Below the pieces are notes generated by a model. It did no database searches, had not been told where the DNA came from, and saw only the letters and a list, made by a program, of their open reading frames with translations. From an uncultured Anaerolineales bacterium (lineage in GTDB: Bacteria > Chloroflexota > Anaerolineae > Anaerolineales > UBA11858): a stretch of 64,000 nucleotides of DNA. Below are positions 1-10,103 of this stretch, piece after piece. The DNA lies in assembly GCA_964613985.1 (NCBI GenBank), contig CAZTJD010000002.1:3664-67663 (forward strand). The letters are read 5' to 3'. Position numbers and translations under genes: made by a program. Each line of letters starts with the position of its first letter. The first letter of the stretch is position 1.

Positions 1-1
1 A

Positions 2-406
2 GTACAAACCGACGGTCGAAAACGTGGTAAGTCAGATATACGAAATATCCTCTGTGTCTTCGATTACGACGGAATTACTGTCGCCCATCTTGGGAATATT
101 CGCAATGTCCCAAGCCAGTCCCAAGTTGAAGCTTTGGGAACCGTCAATATCGCTTTAGTCCCAGTCGGAGCTGGAAACAGTTTAAATGCAGCAAAAGCTG
201 CCGAGGTTGTCAGCTTGCTAGAACCTGGGATTGTTATCCCAATGCATTACAGCACCCCAGCAAGTAAAATCAAGCTTGATTCACTAGATAAATTTGTCAA
301 AGAAATGGGGTTGAGCAACTATGAACCCGAGCCATCCTTGAAAGTTGCCAAATCTGCTATCACTACAGAAACTAAGGTCGTCGTTTTAGAGTACAAAAAC
401 GATTAA
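2..406 (+). CDS. MBL-fold metallo-hydrolase, C-terminal part (5' end outside window)
   Basis: The frame is open from base 2. The translation ...DYDGITVAHLGNIRNVPSQSQVEALGTVNIALVPVG...IVIPMHY resembles the C-terminal half of beta-lactamase-fold Zn hydrolases. Confidence 0.6.
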   Translation, partial: VQTDGRKRGKSDIRNILCVFDYDGITVAHLGNIRNVPSQSQVEALGTVNIALVPVGAGNSLNAAKAAEVVSLLEPGIVIPMHYSTPASKIKLDSLDKFVKEMGLSNYEPEPSLKVAKSAITTETKVVVLEYKND

Positions 407-592
407 GGTTTATGCAAAATGTGCTTTGAGATAAGAAAAATTGGAAGAATGTAAAATTCTGTTACATGCTGAAAAATTGGTAATTCGTAGCTTAGGAATT
501 TTTAGCTTTCCACTTGAATAATCATTTATAAACACCCTTAGGAACTTAGGATTCCGGAACACCGAGAACTGCTATCTTAATGGAGAAATATT

Positions 593-895
593 GTGTCAGT
601 AAAACTGTTGATGACCTGGGACATTCTCCCAGGGCGTGAACAAGAGTATTTTGAATTTGTCGTGCGGGAATTTATTCCTGAGCTTCAAGAATTAGGGTTA
701 GAACCTACAGATGCTTGGGTGACGGTTTATGGTAACCAGCCTCAAATCCTTACATCTGCTAAAGCGGGAAACAACAAGTCATTGAGTAGCATTCTGATTT
801 CCAATGAATGGGATCAGCTATTAACCAAGCTTAGCGATTATGTTGAAAATTTGAAATTTAAGAAAGTTTACGAAAAACCAGGTTTCCAAATGTAG
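593..895 (+). CDS. hypothetical small protein
   Basis: A 100-codon ORF with a GTG start preceded by GGAG. I recognised no motif. Confidence 0.4.
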   Translation: MSVKLLMTWDILPGREQEYFEFVVREFIPELQELGLEPTDAWVTVYGNQPQILTSAKAGNNKSLSSILISNEWDQLLTKLSDYVENLKFKKVYEKPGFQM

Positions 896-966
896 AACTA
901 TTCAGCATTGAACTTAGGTCATCATCAATCATCAGGCATCATCAAATTCCCGAACCCAAATCACCC

Positions 967-2067
967 ATGCATTCCCCTTTTACAGAGAAACTGTTACGCT
1001 GGTATACATTAAATGCTCGAGAACTCCCCTGGCGCGGTCATCCAGACCCCTACGCGGTATGGGTCTCCGAAATCATGCTTCAACAGACCCGTATTGAAAC
1101 TGTCATTCCGTATTTTCAAAACTGGATACGTGAACTCCCTACGATCTCAAGGCTGGCTATGGCAAAACAGCAAGACGTCCTCAATTTATGGGAAGGGCTT
1201 GGGTATTACAGCCGGGCCCGAAATCTGCACCGAGCCGCAAAAATTGTTGTGGAAAAACATGATGGTCAGTTACCAGGAGAAGTAAAATCACTAATGAAGC
1301 TGCCCGGTATTGGTCGCTATACTGCCGCCGCAGTTGCTTCCATCGCTTTTGGAAGAGATGAACCAGCCTTAGATGGAAACATTCGACGCGTCTTATCACG
1401 GGCTTTCAATGTCGAAGATCCATCCGGATCAAACCAGGGCGAAAAAAAACTGTGGGAAATCGCCGCAAATAATCTACCACTGGGAAAAGCCAGTGAGTAC
1501 AACCAGTCTCTGATGGATCTCGGTGCTACAATATGCACGCCCAAGAACCCGACTTGTTCTAATTGTCCAATTGCAAAAGAATGCCTGGCAAATAACCTCG
1601 GAATCCAGGAAGAACGTCCTGTTCCAAAGCCAAAGAAGGTAATTCCCCATCACGTTGTCACTGCTGCAGTCATCCAACGAGCAGATAAAGTCCTGATTGC
1701 TCAACGACCCCAGAAGGGATTGCTAGGTGGGTTATGGGAATTCCCAGGTGGAAAACAGAAACCCAATGAAGACTTGATTTCGTGTCTTCATCGTGAGATT
1801 AGTGAAGAGCTAGGCGTAGATATCCGGGTAGGCGAGTCACTGGGTACTTACAACCATGCATATACCCACTTCCGAGTAACGCTGCATGCTTATCTTTGCA
1901 CCATGAATGGAGAACAGCCTGAACTTAAAGAACATGACAGCATTTACTTGGCAGATATCGAGGAACTTGATGGATTTCCAATGGGTAAAATTGACCGTCA
2001 GATCGCCAATCAACTGAAAATTACCGGTCTTGCAGAACATCATCAACAGCAAGGATTTATTTCTTAA
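967..2067 (+). CDS. mutY: A/G-specific adenine DNA glycosylase with C-terminal NUDIX-like domain
   Basis: LPWR...PYAVWVSEIMLQQT, an HhH-GPD region (LPGIGRYTAAAV), a 4Fe-4S Cys cluster (CTPKNPTCSNCPIAKEC) and a C-terminal MutT-like GGLWEFPGGK. Confidence 0.9.
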   Translation: MHSPFTEKLLRWYTLNARELPWRGHPDPYAVWVSEIMLQQTRIETVIPYFQNWIRELPTISRLAMAKQQDVLNLWEGLGYYSRARNLHRAAKIVVEKHDGQLPGEVKSLMKLPGIGRYTAAAVASIAFGRDEPALDGNIRRVLSRAFNVEDPSGSNQGEKKLWEIAANNLPLGKASEYNQSLMDLGATICTPKNPTCSNCPIAKECLANNLGIQEERPVPKPKKVIPHHVVTAAVIQRADKVLIAQRPQKGLLGGLWEFPGGKQKPNEDLISCLHREISEELGVDIRVGESLGTYNHAYTHFRVTLHAYLCTMNGEQPELKEHDSIYLADIEELDGFPMGKIDRQIANQLKITGLAEHHQQQGFIS

Positions 2068-2114
2068 TATTCCCTGGGATACGCTTAAGGAATTTTACGG
2101 TTTAAAGAAACCTG

Positions 2115-3200
2115 ATGATTATTATTGACGGACACCAAGACCTTGCCTGGAATATCCTTACGTTTGGTCGCAATTATACGAAATCTGCAACGGATATCCG
2201 GATAAGCGAACGAGGAACCGATATCCCTGCTATTAACGATGATACCCTGCTTGGCTGGCCAGAATACCAAAAAGGCCATGTCGCCGTTATTTTTGCAACT
2301 TTGTTTGCTGCGCCAAAACGAGCAAAATTAGGGGAATTTGATAGTCAAAACTATGTCGACGAAAATGAAGCCTATGATCTTTACCAGGCACAGCTTGATG
2401 CGTACTATCGTCTATCTGATGATAACCCGGAAAAATTTCGCCTGGTAACTCATCAAGTAGATTTGCAAGGAATCCTCTCTCACTGGGAAGATTCGTCAAA
2501 AACCAGTCACCCGGTCGGTTTAGTACCATTAATGGAAGGGGCTGAAGCCGTACGCCACCCTTCGGAATTGGAAGAATGGTGGTATCGAGGTGTACACATC
2601 ATCGGGCCCGCCTGGGCAGGAACACGTTTTTGTGGAGGCACTAGGGAGCCCGGCCCACTTACCAAGGAAGGGTTTGCTCTCCTGGAGGGTATGTCCTCAT
2701 TGGGTTTTGTATTAGATCTAAGCCACATGGACGAACTGGCTGTTTTACAATCCCTTGATGAATACCCTGGTCGGATTATTGCATCGCATGCTAATGCCAA
2801 AGCATTGCTCAATGGTACTGATAGTAACCGAAACCTATCTAACCGGGTAATCAGAGGCATTATTGACAGAGGCGGCGTCATCGGGGTAGTCCCCTTCAAC
2901 CGATTTTTAGTTGATGGATGGAAACCAAGTGATGGACGGCACCAAGTCAGTTTACACCATGTGGTTGCCCATATCGATCATATCTGCCAGATCGCTGGCA
3001 ATGTATTTCATGTTGGGATTGGCAGCGATTTCGATGGTGGTTTTGGATTGCAAAAGACACCCATAGAGATAGATACGATCGCCGATCTACAAAAACTTGT
3101 CCCACTTCTCGATGAGAAAGGGTATACTGACGCTGAGATAGAATCCGTGCTAAGTGGAAATTGGATCACTTTATTACAAAATTCACTACCGGAAAAGTAG
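2115..3200 (+). CDS. membrane dipeptidase (peptidase M19) family protein
   Basis: N-terminal IIDGHQDLAWN, an internal SHANA segment and C-terminal GIGSDFDGG, which is the typical renal-dipeptidase-family layout. Confidence 0.7.
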   Translation: MIIIDGHQDLAWNILTFGRNYTKSATDIRISERGTDIPAINDDTLLGWPEYQKGHVAVIFATLFAAPKRAKLGEFDSQNYVDENEAYDLYQAQLDAYYRLSDDNPEKFRLVTHQVDLQGILSHWEDSSKTSHPVGLVPLMEGAEAVRHPSELEEWWYRGVHIIGPAWAGTRFCGGTREPGPLTKEGFALLEGMSSLGFVLDLSHMDELAVLQSLDEYPGRIIASHANAKALLNGTDSNRNLSNRVIRGIIDRGGVIGVVPFNRFLVDGWKPSDGRHQVSLHHVVAHIDHICQIAGNVFHVGIGSDFDGGFGLQKTPIEIDTIADLQKLVPLLDEKGYTDAEIESVLSGNWITLLQNSLPEK

Positions 3201-3208
3201 AAGAAACC

Positions 3209-3658
3209 ATGAAAGATTCGCAAAAAAATAAGAGAAATATCCAGCGGCGATCTATTGTCGGAGTGTCTATTGCTATCTTCGGATTTATTCTCTTTATGAT
3301 GGGTATTTCTCCTGAATTATTCGCAATAGATCGTAGTCCAGTAGTAGGTTTTGTACAAATTACCGTGTTCTTGATTGGTTTAGCGATTATTTGCGTTGGA
3401 GGTTACCTTACTTTGATTTCAATGTGGAATAAGAAACCCAGGACCATTGCTGCTGATATTGGAGTGCGGTTGATTGCTACAGGTTACGTTGTAGCAGTGG
3501 CTTCAGGGATGGCTGATGTCTTCGGTTTTGGCAGCCAGCCTTGGCCTTATATTCCAAGTTTTGGGCATTGGCAGGCTCGTGGTGTTTTGATCGGAGAGAT
3601 CATTATTGCTATTGGTTTTTTGCTCTTATTACCACCTCGATCTTTCAAAAAGGAGTAG
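3209..3658 (+). CDS. hypothetical integral membrane protein
   Basis: Several hydrophobic segments. The ATG at 3209 is chosen over the overlapping upstream start in the track. Confidence 0.45.
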   Translation: MKDSQKNKRNIQRRSIVGVSIAIFGFILFMMGISPELFAIDRSPVVGFVQITVFLIGLAIICVGGYLTLISMWNKKPRTIAADIGVRLIATGYVVAVASGMADVFGFGSQPWPYIPSFGHWQARGVLIGEIIIAIGFLLLLPPRSFKKE

Positions 3659-3809
3659 GCTACAGTTTCGTAAGTGTTCAGTTAGCCTTTTAGCAAATCC
3701 TGGTTCGCACTGAGCCGGGATTTTACTTAATTTTTTAATTGATCTTGTTTAAAGTAAACCATTGGAATGTGATATAAAATACGCAAAAGATCAGATAACT
3801 GAGGACCGA

Positions 3810-5105
3810 ATGAGCAATAAAGTGACCCAACTTCGACTATCAAATGGCCTATGTGTCATGCTTAAAGAAATTCACACCGCTCCGATTATCAGCCATTGGA
3901 TTTGGTATCGGGTTGGCTCAAGGGATGAAATTCCTGGAATCACCGGCATATCCCATTGGGTGGAACATATGCAATTCAAAGGTACTGAAAAATTCCCTGC
4001 CGGCATCCTTGACAAAGCTGTCTCTCGTGATGGCGGGGTTTGGAATGCATTCACCTACTTGGATTGGACGACTTATTTTGAAACAATGCCGGCAACAAAG
4101 ATTGACCTTGGGCTCCAGTTGGAAGCAGACCGCATGGTAAACAGCCTGTTCAAGCCGGACGAAGTCTCCTCGGAACGAACTGTGATCATTTCTGAACGCC
4201 AGGGAAATGAAAATCAACCAATTTTCCGCCTTGGGGAGGCTTTACAGACGGCTGCATTCCGAGTACATCCTTACCACCACGAGATCATTGGGGATATGGC
4301 AGATTTGCGAACAATTTCACGGGATGACCTTTACCAGCATTACCAGACCTATTATTCTCCAAACAATGCCGTCCTGGTAGTAACGGGTGATTTCGATACA
4401 GCAACCATGAAAGAACGTATCGAATCCTTGTTTGAACCAATCGCCAGACGAAATGACATTACACGACAGATACGCCCAGAGACTCAGCAGAATGGTGAGC
4501 ACCGCCTGACTGTTGAAGGGCCTGGGGAGACCTGCTATATCCAGGATTGTTACCATGCCCCTTCCGCAATTGATCCTGATTTCTTCCCATTTGTGGTCCT
4601 AGACAGCCTCCTAACCGGTCCAAGCAGTCTTAATCTCTTTGGTGGCGGTATCTCTAATAAAACTTCGCGTATGTACCGAAGTCTGGTTGAAGGTGAGGTG
4701 GCTGTAGACGTTCAAGGTAGTCTTCCAGCGACCATCGATCCCTTCCTGTATATCATAACAATAACCGTCCATCCCGGACACAAACCTGAAGAAGCTGTCG
4801 CTATCCTGAATGACGAGATAAAACAAATCCAGGATGAAGCACCAAATAAAGAAGACCTACAACGAGCAGTAAAACAAGCGCGTGCCTTATTTGCTTACGG
4901 TAGTGAAAGCATCACCAACCAGGCTTTCTGGATTGGGTTTTCCGAGATGTTTGCTACTTATAACTGGTTCACATCCTATCTTGACAAATTGGAAGCGGTG
5001 ACTCCCGAGGACATACAGGCAGTAGCACAAAAATACCTGCGACCTCAGAACCGGGTCTTGGGTACATACCTTCCAACTGAAAATCAGTCTGAGGGGCGGC
5101 TATGA
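3810..5105 (+). CDS. M16 (pitrilysin/insulinase) family zinc peptidase, active-type subunit
   Basis: Inverted zinc motif HxxEH in GISHWVEHMQFKGT. GAGGA precedes the ATG at 3810. Confidence 0.85.
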   Translation: MSNKVTQLRLSNGLCVMLKEIHTAPIISHWIWYRVGSRDEIPGITGISHWVEHMQFKGTEKFPAGILDKAVSRDGGVWNAFTYLDWTTYFETMPATKIDLGLQLEADRMVNSLFKPDEVSSERTVIISERQGNENQPIFRLGEALQTAAFRVHPYHHEIIGDMADLRTISRDDLYQHYQTYYSPNNAVLVVTGDFDTATMKERIESLFEPIARRNDITRQIRPETQQNGEHRLTVEGPGETCYIQDCYHAPSAIDPDFFPFVVLDSLLTGPSSLNLFGGGISNKTSRMYRSLVEGEVAVDVQGSLPATIDPFLYIITITVHPGHKPEEAVAILNDEIKQIQDEAPNKEDLQRAVKQARALFAYGSESITNQAFWIGFSEMFATYNWFTSYLDKLEAVTPEDIQAVAQKYLRPQNRVLGTYLPTENQSEGRL

Positions 5106-6496
5106 AACACAAAACACCAAGCAATCCAACTTCAAAAACAGCCGCCCCTTCAGTCACCTCTCATCCAATCTTCAGGCAACCCAAAGAAAATATGCAGCAA
5201 CTATCCTTTAACAATCATTCATCGTCCATCCCTGGTCCTGACGATATTACCTACATCAAGCTAGATAATGGCATCACGATACTCACAAGGGCAAATTCTA
5301 ACAGCCCATCCGTCAGCATAAGCGGGTACCTGGCAACCGGGGCTTTATCCGACCCAGATGATAGACTTGGACTTGCAGATTATACAGCTTCCGCTCTAAT
5401 GCGAGGCACAACCAATCGAGATTTCTTGACCATTTATGATGAACTGGAATCGGTGGGGGCTTCTCTGGGATTTTCGGGCGCAACGCACACAACCGCATTT
5501 GGGGGAAAATCACTCGCAGAAGACCTGCCTCTGTTACTTGAGATACTGGCTGAAACCCTAATAAATCCCACTTTTCCCGGCCAACAGGTAATGCGATTAA
5601 GAGCCCAACTCCTCACCAACCTGGCAGTTCGCGCCCAGGATACGCACGAGATGGCCTCTCTGGCTTTTGACCAGATTATCTACCACGACCACCCTTACAG
5701 CCGCCCCGAAGATGGATACCCAGATACAATACAGAACATCTCACGCGAAGATCTGGTTTCTTTTCATGAAACCCATTATGGTCCTAGAGGTATGGTTATT
5801 TCCATTGTCGGTGCAGTTGACCCTCAAGTGGCAATCAGCCATGTTGAGAAAAACCTGGGAAAATGGCATAATCCCAAGCAGGTAGAACCACCCAAACTCC
5901 CTTCTGTTTCTCCCATCAAAGAAGTAGTAATTCAAAAAGTAGAGATTCCGGGGAAATCCCAGGCAGATATTGTCATGGGTGTTGTGGGTCCAGCCCGAAA
6001 ATCACCTGAGTATCTTGCAGCAATGTTGGGAAATAACATCCTTGGTCAATTCGGAATGATGGGACGGATTGGCGAGGTGGTTAGAGAGCAGGCGGGATTG
6101 GCTTATTATGCTTACAGCAGCGTAAGTGGAGGCCTTGGGCCGGGTCCATGGTCAGTACAGGCAGGAGTAAACCCTGAAAATATTAATCATGCAGTCGACT
6201 TAATCCGAAAAGAAATCCACCGCTTCAGGACAGAGCCAGTCTTTTCCGAAGAATTAAGTGATAGTAAATCTAATTTCATTGGTAGAATGCCCCTTACCCT
6301 GGAGACCAATTCGGGTGTATCGGGTGCCTTGCTTAATATTGAGCGGTACGATCTGGGTTTGGATTATTATCAGAGGTTTAGTGATTTAGTAAACGCAGTT
6401 ACAATAGAAGATGTGTTAAGAACTGCGGCGGAATACTTTAAACCGGATACTCTGGCAGTAGGAATCGCTGGATCTGGAATCCATACAAACGCTTAG
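5102..6496 (+). CDS. M16 family peptidase, non-catalytic-type subunit (no HxxEH)
   Basis: Has the M16 fold pattern but lacks HxxEH. Its ATGA start/stop overlaps the upstream M16 gene, which suggests a heterodimer pair. Confidence 0.8.
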   Translation: MKHKTPSNPTSKTAAPSVTSHPIFRQPKENMQQLSFNNHSSSIPGPDDITYIKLDNGITILTRANSNSPSVSISGYLATGALSDPDDRLGLADYTASALMRGTTNRDFLTIYDELESVGASLGFSGATHTTAFGGKSLAEDLPLLLEILAETLINPTFPGQQVMRLRAQLLTNLAVRAQDTHEMASLAFDQIIYHDHPYSRPEDGYPDTIQNISREDLVSFHETHYGPRGMVISIVGAVDPQVAISHVEKNLGKWHNPKQVEPPKLPSVSPIKEVVIQKVEIPGKSQADIVMGVVGPARKSPEYLAAMLGNNILGQFGMMGRIGEVVREQAGLAYYAYSSVSGGLGPGPWSVQAGVNPENINHAVDLIRKEIHRFRTEPVFSEELSDSKSNFIGRMPLTLETNSGVSGALLNIERYDLGLDYYQRFSDLVNAVTIEDVLRTAAEYFKPDTLAVGIAGSGIHTNA

Positions 6497-6544
6497 GTTG
6501 TTATATTAAAAAGGCATTTTGATGAGTCGTAAAACCCAGGATAG

Positions 6545-6919
6545 ATGGATATGAACATTACAACAGGGGTAGATTTGATCGAATTAATCCGAATCGAAGG
6601 GGCACTACAGAAACATGGGAAACAATTTTTGGAACGTATCTACACAAAGAAAGAGTTATCCCTTTTCAAGGAAAGTCTTGAATCCCTGGCTGTCCGGTTT
6701 GCAGCAAAAGAAGCTGTTAGCAAGGCACTTGGAAGTGGCATGGGGGTAATAAACTGGCAGGAAATCGAAATTCTACGTGACGATATGGATGCACCTGTAT
6801 TATACCTGCATGGAAGAGCCCAGCAACGCGCTGCCCTGCTTGGTTTTAAAAACTGGTCCGTTAGCCTGAGTCATACAGATCAATATGCACTTGCATTTGT
6901 AGTAGCGGTTGGTGAATAA
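6545..6919 (+). CDS. acpS: holo-[acyl-carrier-protein] synthase
   Basis: About 124 aa, with GVDLIELIRI...RFAAKEAVSKALG...SLSHT, typical of AcpS. Confidence 0.85.
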   Translation: MDMNITTGVDLIELIRIEGALQKHGKQFLERIYTKKELSLFKESLESLAVRFAAKEAVSKALGSGMGVINWQEIEILRDDMDAPVLYLHGRAQQRAALLGFKNWSVSLSHTDQYALAFVVAVGE

Positions 6920-7086
6920 AGTAATAAAGAAAGAAACTCAAAACATAACTTACACAGGTCTTTCGTGTTTTATGATAAGAACTGATATTTACAAAAATCA
7001 ATCAGAACTGAAAAAACGCCCAAATACCTAGTTCTAGCAATTTTTTAGAGCTCCCCTGGATTTTTAGAAAAATAGGAGGTATAGAT

Positions 7087-9612
7087 ATGTTAAAGAATAT
7101 TACTCGCTTAATAATCGGACTCCTGCTATTCGTAATCATCATTATCCTTTTCACGGCGATATTTGGTCCGGTTTGGACACATAAGACGGCTGAATATTCA
7201 TTTCCGCAAATCGATGGAGAGATCAAGCTGGCTGGCTTGGATGGGCCCGTGGAAATCTATCGAGATTCGATGGGGGTACCGCACATCTATGCCATGACAC
7301 AACATGATTTATTCTTCGCCCAGGGGTATGTCCACGCCCAAGATCGTTTCTGGCAGATGGATTTCTGGCGACACCAGGGAGCTGGTCGCTTGTCAGAACT
7401 TTTGGGTAAAAATTTGCTCGAAACCGATCGATTCCTGCGCACGATTGGGTGGGAGCGTGTTGCCCAGGAGGAATTACTGCTCCTGGATGCCGAATCACAG
7501 GCGATATTAGATTCTTATGCAGAAGGCGTCAACGCTTACCTGGAAGAAAATACTGGTAAAGCGTTAGCCCTGGAATACGCTTTTCTACCGATCCTTAACC
7601 GTGGTTACCAGCCAAAACCCTGGACAGCATTAAACACCATGACCTGGGCAAAAGCTATGGCGTGGGACCTTGGCGGCAATATGGATACCGAAATCAATCG
7701 AGCGCTGTTGTTCAAAATATTGAGTCTTGAACAGGTAGAACAATTATATCCGCCTTATCCTGATGACCGTCCTGTGATCGTAAACCATCCCCAGATCACA
7801 AAAGAAATAATGCCAATATCGCACTTTAACTCCGCTTTAATAGGCTCCATCCTGCCGGGGTTGGTTGAAGTCCAGGAAAAATTTTCTGGCATCGATATTA
7901 TAGCGGGGGGCAGCTCGGACGGGATCGGCTCCAATAGTTGGGTCATCTCTGGTGATTTGACAGATACTGGTATGCCGTACCTTGCCAACGATCCCCACCT
8001 TGGAGCTCAAATCCCTTCGATCTGGTATGAGGTGGGATTACACTGCATAACAAAAGGACCTGATTGCCAGGTGAATGTCACAGGGTTCTCATTTGCTGGT
8101 GCACCCGGGATCATCATTGGACATAACGATCGTATTGCCTGGGGATTCACCAATGTTGGTCCGGATGTGATGGACCTATACATTGAGAAAATCAATCCTG
8201 AGAACCCGAACCAATACGAGTTCCAAGGGAGCTGGGTGGATATGGAAATTATCACTGAAGAAATTCGGATAGCTGGTGGTGATCCCGTCCAACAAACGGT
8301 CCATCTGACTCGTCATGGTCCAATCATTACAGAGGTCTACGGGTTGGAGAATTTTGCACAAGAATCCAGCCTTGACTTACCAGAAAACTACGCAATTGCA
8401 CTCCGGTGGACCGCCCTGGAACCCTCCTGTATCTTCTGCGCAGTCTGGAAATTTGACAAGGCAAACAATTGGGAAGAATTCAGAGTCGCAGCTTCCCTGT
8501 TTGCTGTGCCCGCTCAAAACCTGGTCTTCGCAGATATTGAAGGCAATATAGGATATCAGACCCCAGGAAATATTCCCATCCGGACAGAAAGGCATGATGG
8601 CATGCTGCCGGTACCCGGTTGGACGGGAGAATACGAGTGGCTGGGTTATATCCCCTTTGAAGAACTGCCTTATACCTTCAACCCCATCGAGGGATATATT
8701 GTTACTGCAAACAATGCGGTGGTCGGGACTGAATACCCATACAGCATTTCTCGGCAATGGTCTTACGGTCAACGTGCCCAGGCAATCGTGGACATGGTGG
8801 AAAACACTCCTGGTCCTATCACCATCGACACCATCAAGGAAATGCAAGGGGATAATAGGATCCTGATTGCTGAAGACCTGCTTCCAGTGCTGATGAATAT
8901 CTCATTGGATGAAGAAACCCTGCAGGATGCTCGCAGCATCTTCACCGGATGGGACCACCAGATGGATATCGACTCTGCCCCAGGCACCTTGTTTGCTGTA
9001 TTTTGGAAGCACCTGCTATCTGCCACCTTTGAGGATGACTTACCGGAATCTCAATGGCCTAGTGGTGGGGATGACTGGATGGAGATCGTCCGACAGTTGA
9101 TCAATGAACCAGTCTCACCCTGGTGGGACAATCAGACTACAGTTGTGGTCGAATCTAGAGATGATATCTTCCACCAAGCTTTTAAGAGTGCGGTTTCAGA
9201 AATCCAAAAACTTCAAGGTAGAGACCCCGACGGTTGGACCTGGGGTGATTTGCATACCATCACCTTTGAGAATGCCGTGATGAGTAGCTTCCCAATCATC
9301 AAAAACGTTTTCAATCGAGGTCCCTTCCCCACCGCGGGAGGTAGCGCAATAGTGAATGCGACGGGATGGAGTACACTCCAGGGTTACCAGGTAAACCATG
9401 TCCCTTCCATGAGAATGATTGTTGACCTCAGCAACCTAAGTAACTCGTTGACCATGCACACCACCGGTCAATCTGGACATCCCTACCACCCTCATTATAT
9501 CGATATGGCAGACCCCTGGCGATTGATCCAATATTTCCCCATGTATTGGGAACGCAATGAAATCGAAACAAACGAAAGTGGTCATTTATCCCTGGTTCCT
9601 TTAGCCGAATAA
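7087..9612 (+). CDS. penicillin acylase (Ntn-hydrolase) family protein with N-terminal membrane anchor
   Basis: AGGAGG RBS, an N-terminal TM helix, a GSNSWVISG nucleophile-Ser context and a size of 841 aa. Confidence 0.85.
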   Translation: MLKNITRLIIGLLLFVIIIILFTAIFGPVWTHKTAEYSFPQIDGEIKLAGLDGPVEIYRDSMGVPHIYAMTQHDLFFAQGYVHAQDRFWQMDFWRHQGAGRLSELLGKNLLETDRFLRTIGWERVAQEELLLLDAESQAILDSYAEGVNAYLEENTGKALALEYAFLPILNRGYQPKPWTALNTMTWAKAMAWDLGGNMDTEINRALLFKILSLEQVEQLYPPYPDDRPVIVNHPQITKEIMPISHFNSALIGSILPGLVEVQEKFSGIDIIAGGSSDGIGSNSWVISGDLTDTGMPYLANDPHLGAQIPSIWYEVGLHCITKGPDCQVNVTGFSFAGAPGIIIGHNDRIAWGFTNVGPDVMDLYIEKINPENPNQYEFQGSWVDMEIITEEIRIAGGDPVQQTVHLTRHGPIITEVYGLENFAQESSLDLPENYAIALRWTALEPSCIFCAVWKFDKANNWEEFRVAASLFAVPAQNLVFADIEGNIGYQTPGNIPIRTERHDGMLPVPGWTGEYEWLGYIPFEELPYTFNPIEGYIVTANNAVVGTEYPYSISRQWSYGQRAQAIVDMVENTPGPITIDTIKEMQGDNRILIAEDLLPVLMNISLDEETLQDARSIFTGWDHQMDIDSAPGTLFAVFWKHLLSATFEDDLPESQWPSGGDDWMEIVRQLINEPVSPWWDNQTTVVVESRDDIFHQAFKSAVSEIQKLQGRDPDGWTWGDLHTITFENAVMSSFPIIKNVFNRGPFPTAGGSAIVNATGWSTLQGYQVNHVPSMRMIVDLSNLSNSLTMHTTGQSGHPYHPHYIDMADPWRLIQYFPMYWERNEIETNESGHLSLVPLAE

Positions 9613-10103
9613 AGAATTCGTGGTTTTCTATATAATAGGATAAATGCAAAAGGCATCCTGGTAGAAACAACGGAAATCCCAGGACAGATGCACTTCCGCC
9701 ATTATTTAAACCGCGGCTTTAAAATCATTTACGAAGACGGGCACCAGTAATTAATGTTCCTGCCCATTCGCAATGAAACAATTTTCTTTCACTGCTGGCA
9801 AGCTCGAGTTCAGTCTCGCCGAGGAATCCCTGTCGAAATCCTGATCTTGCGAGGGGTGAAACTTTTTACAATTTTCCCTAGCCACCTGACTGTTTCACCA
9901 GTTGGAACGTAGACGATCGTAGGCGCAAGCAGAATATCTTGAATATATCCATAAAACTGGTAATATTAAGCAAAAAATCATATAAATTTCCGTATTTTCA
10001 GCGTTGATCTTCGTAATATTTAACAATGTCGGACTGCAAAATTTTTCCCCTGATGAATTTTTTTGAACCAGCCAGATATTTAGGAGTTTTATGGAGGTAG
10101 GTG

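Noticed and set aside
9613-10100. A 490-bp gap before the hydantoinase gene. I inspected it for a riboswitch, small gene or pseudogene (tiny ORF MHFRHYLNRGFKIIYEDGHQ, minus-strand ORFs 9895..10155 and 9998..10363).
   Set aside because: I found no recognisable riboswitch core, no convincing hairpin architecture and no protein similarity I could name. The minus-strand ORFs overlap the hydantoinase start and look compositional.
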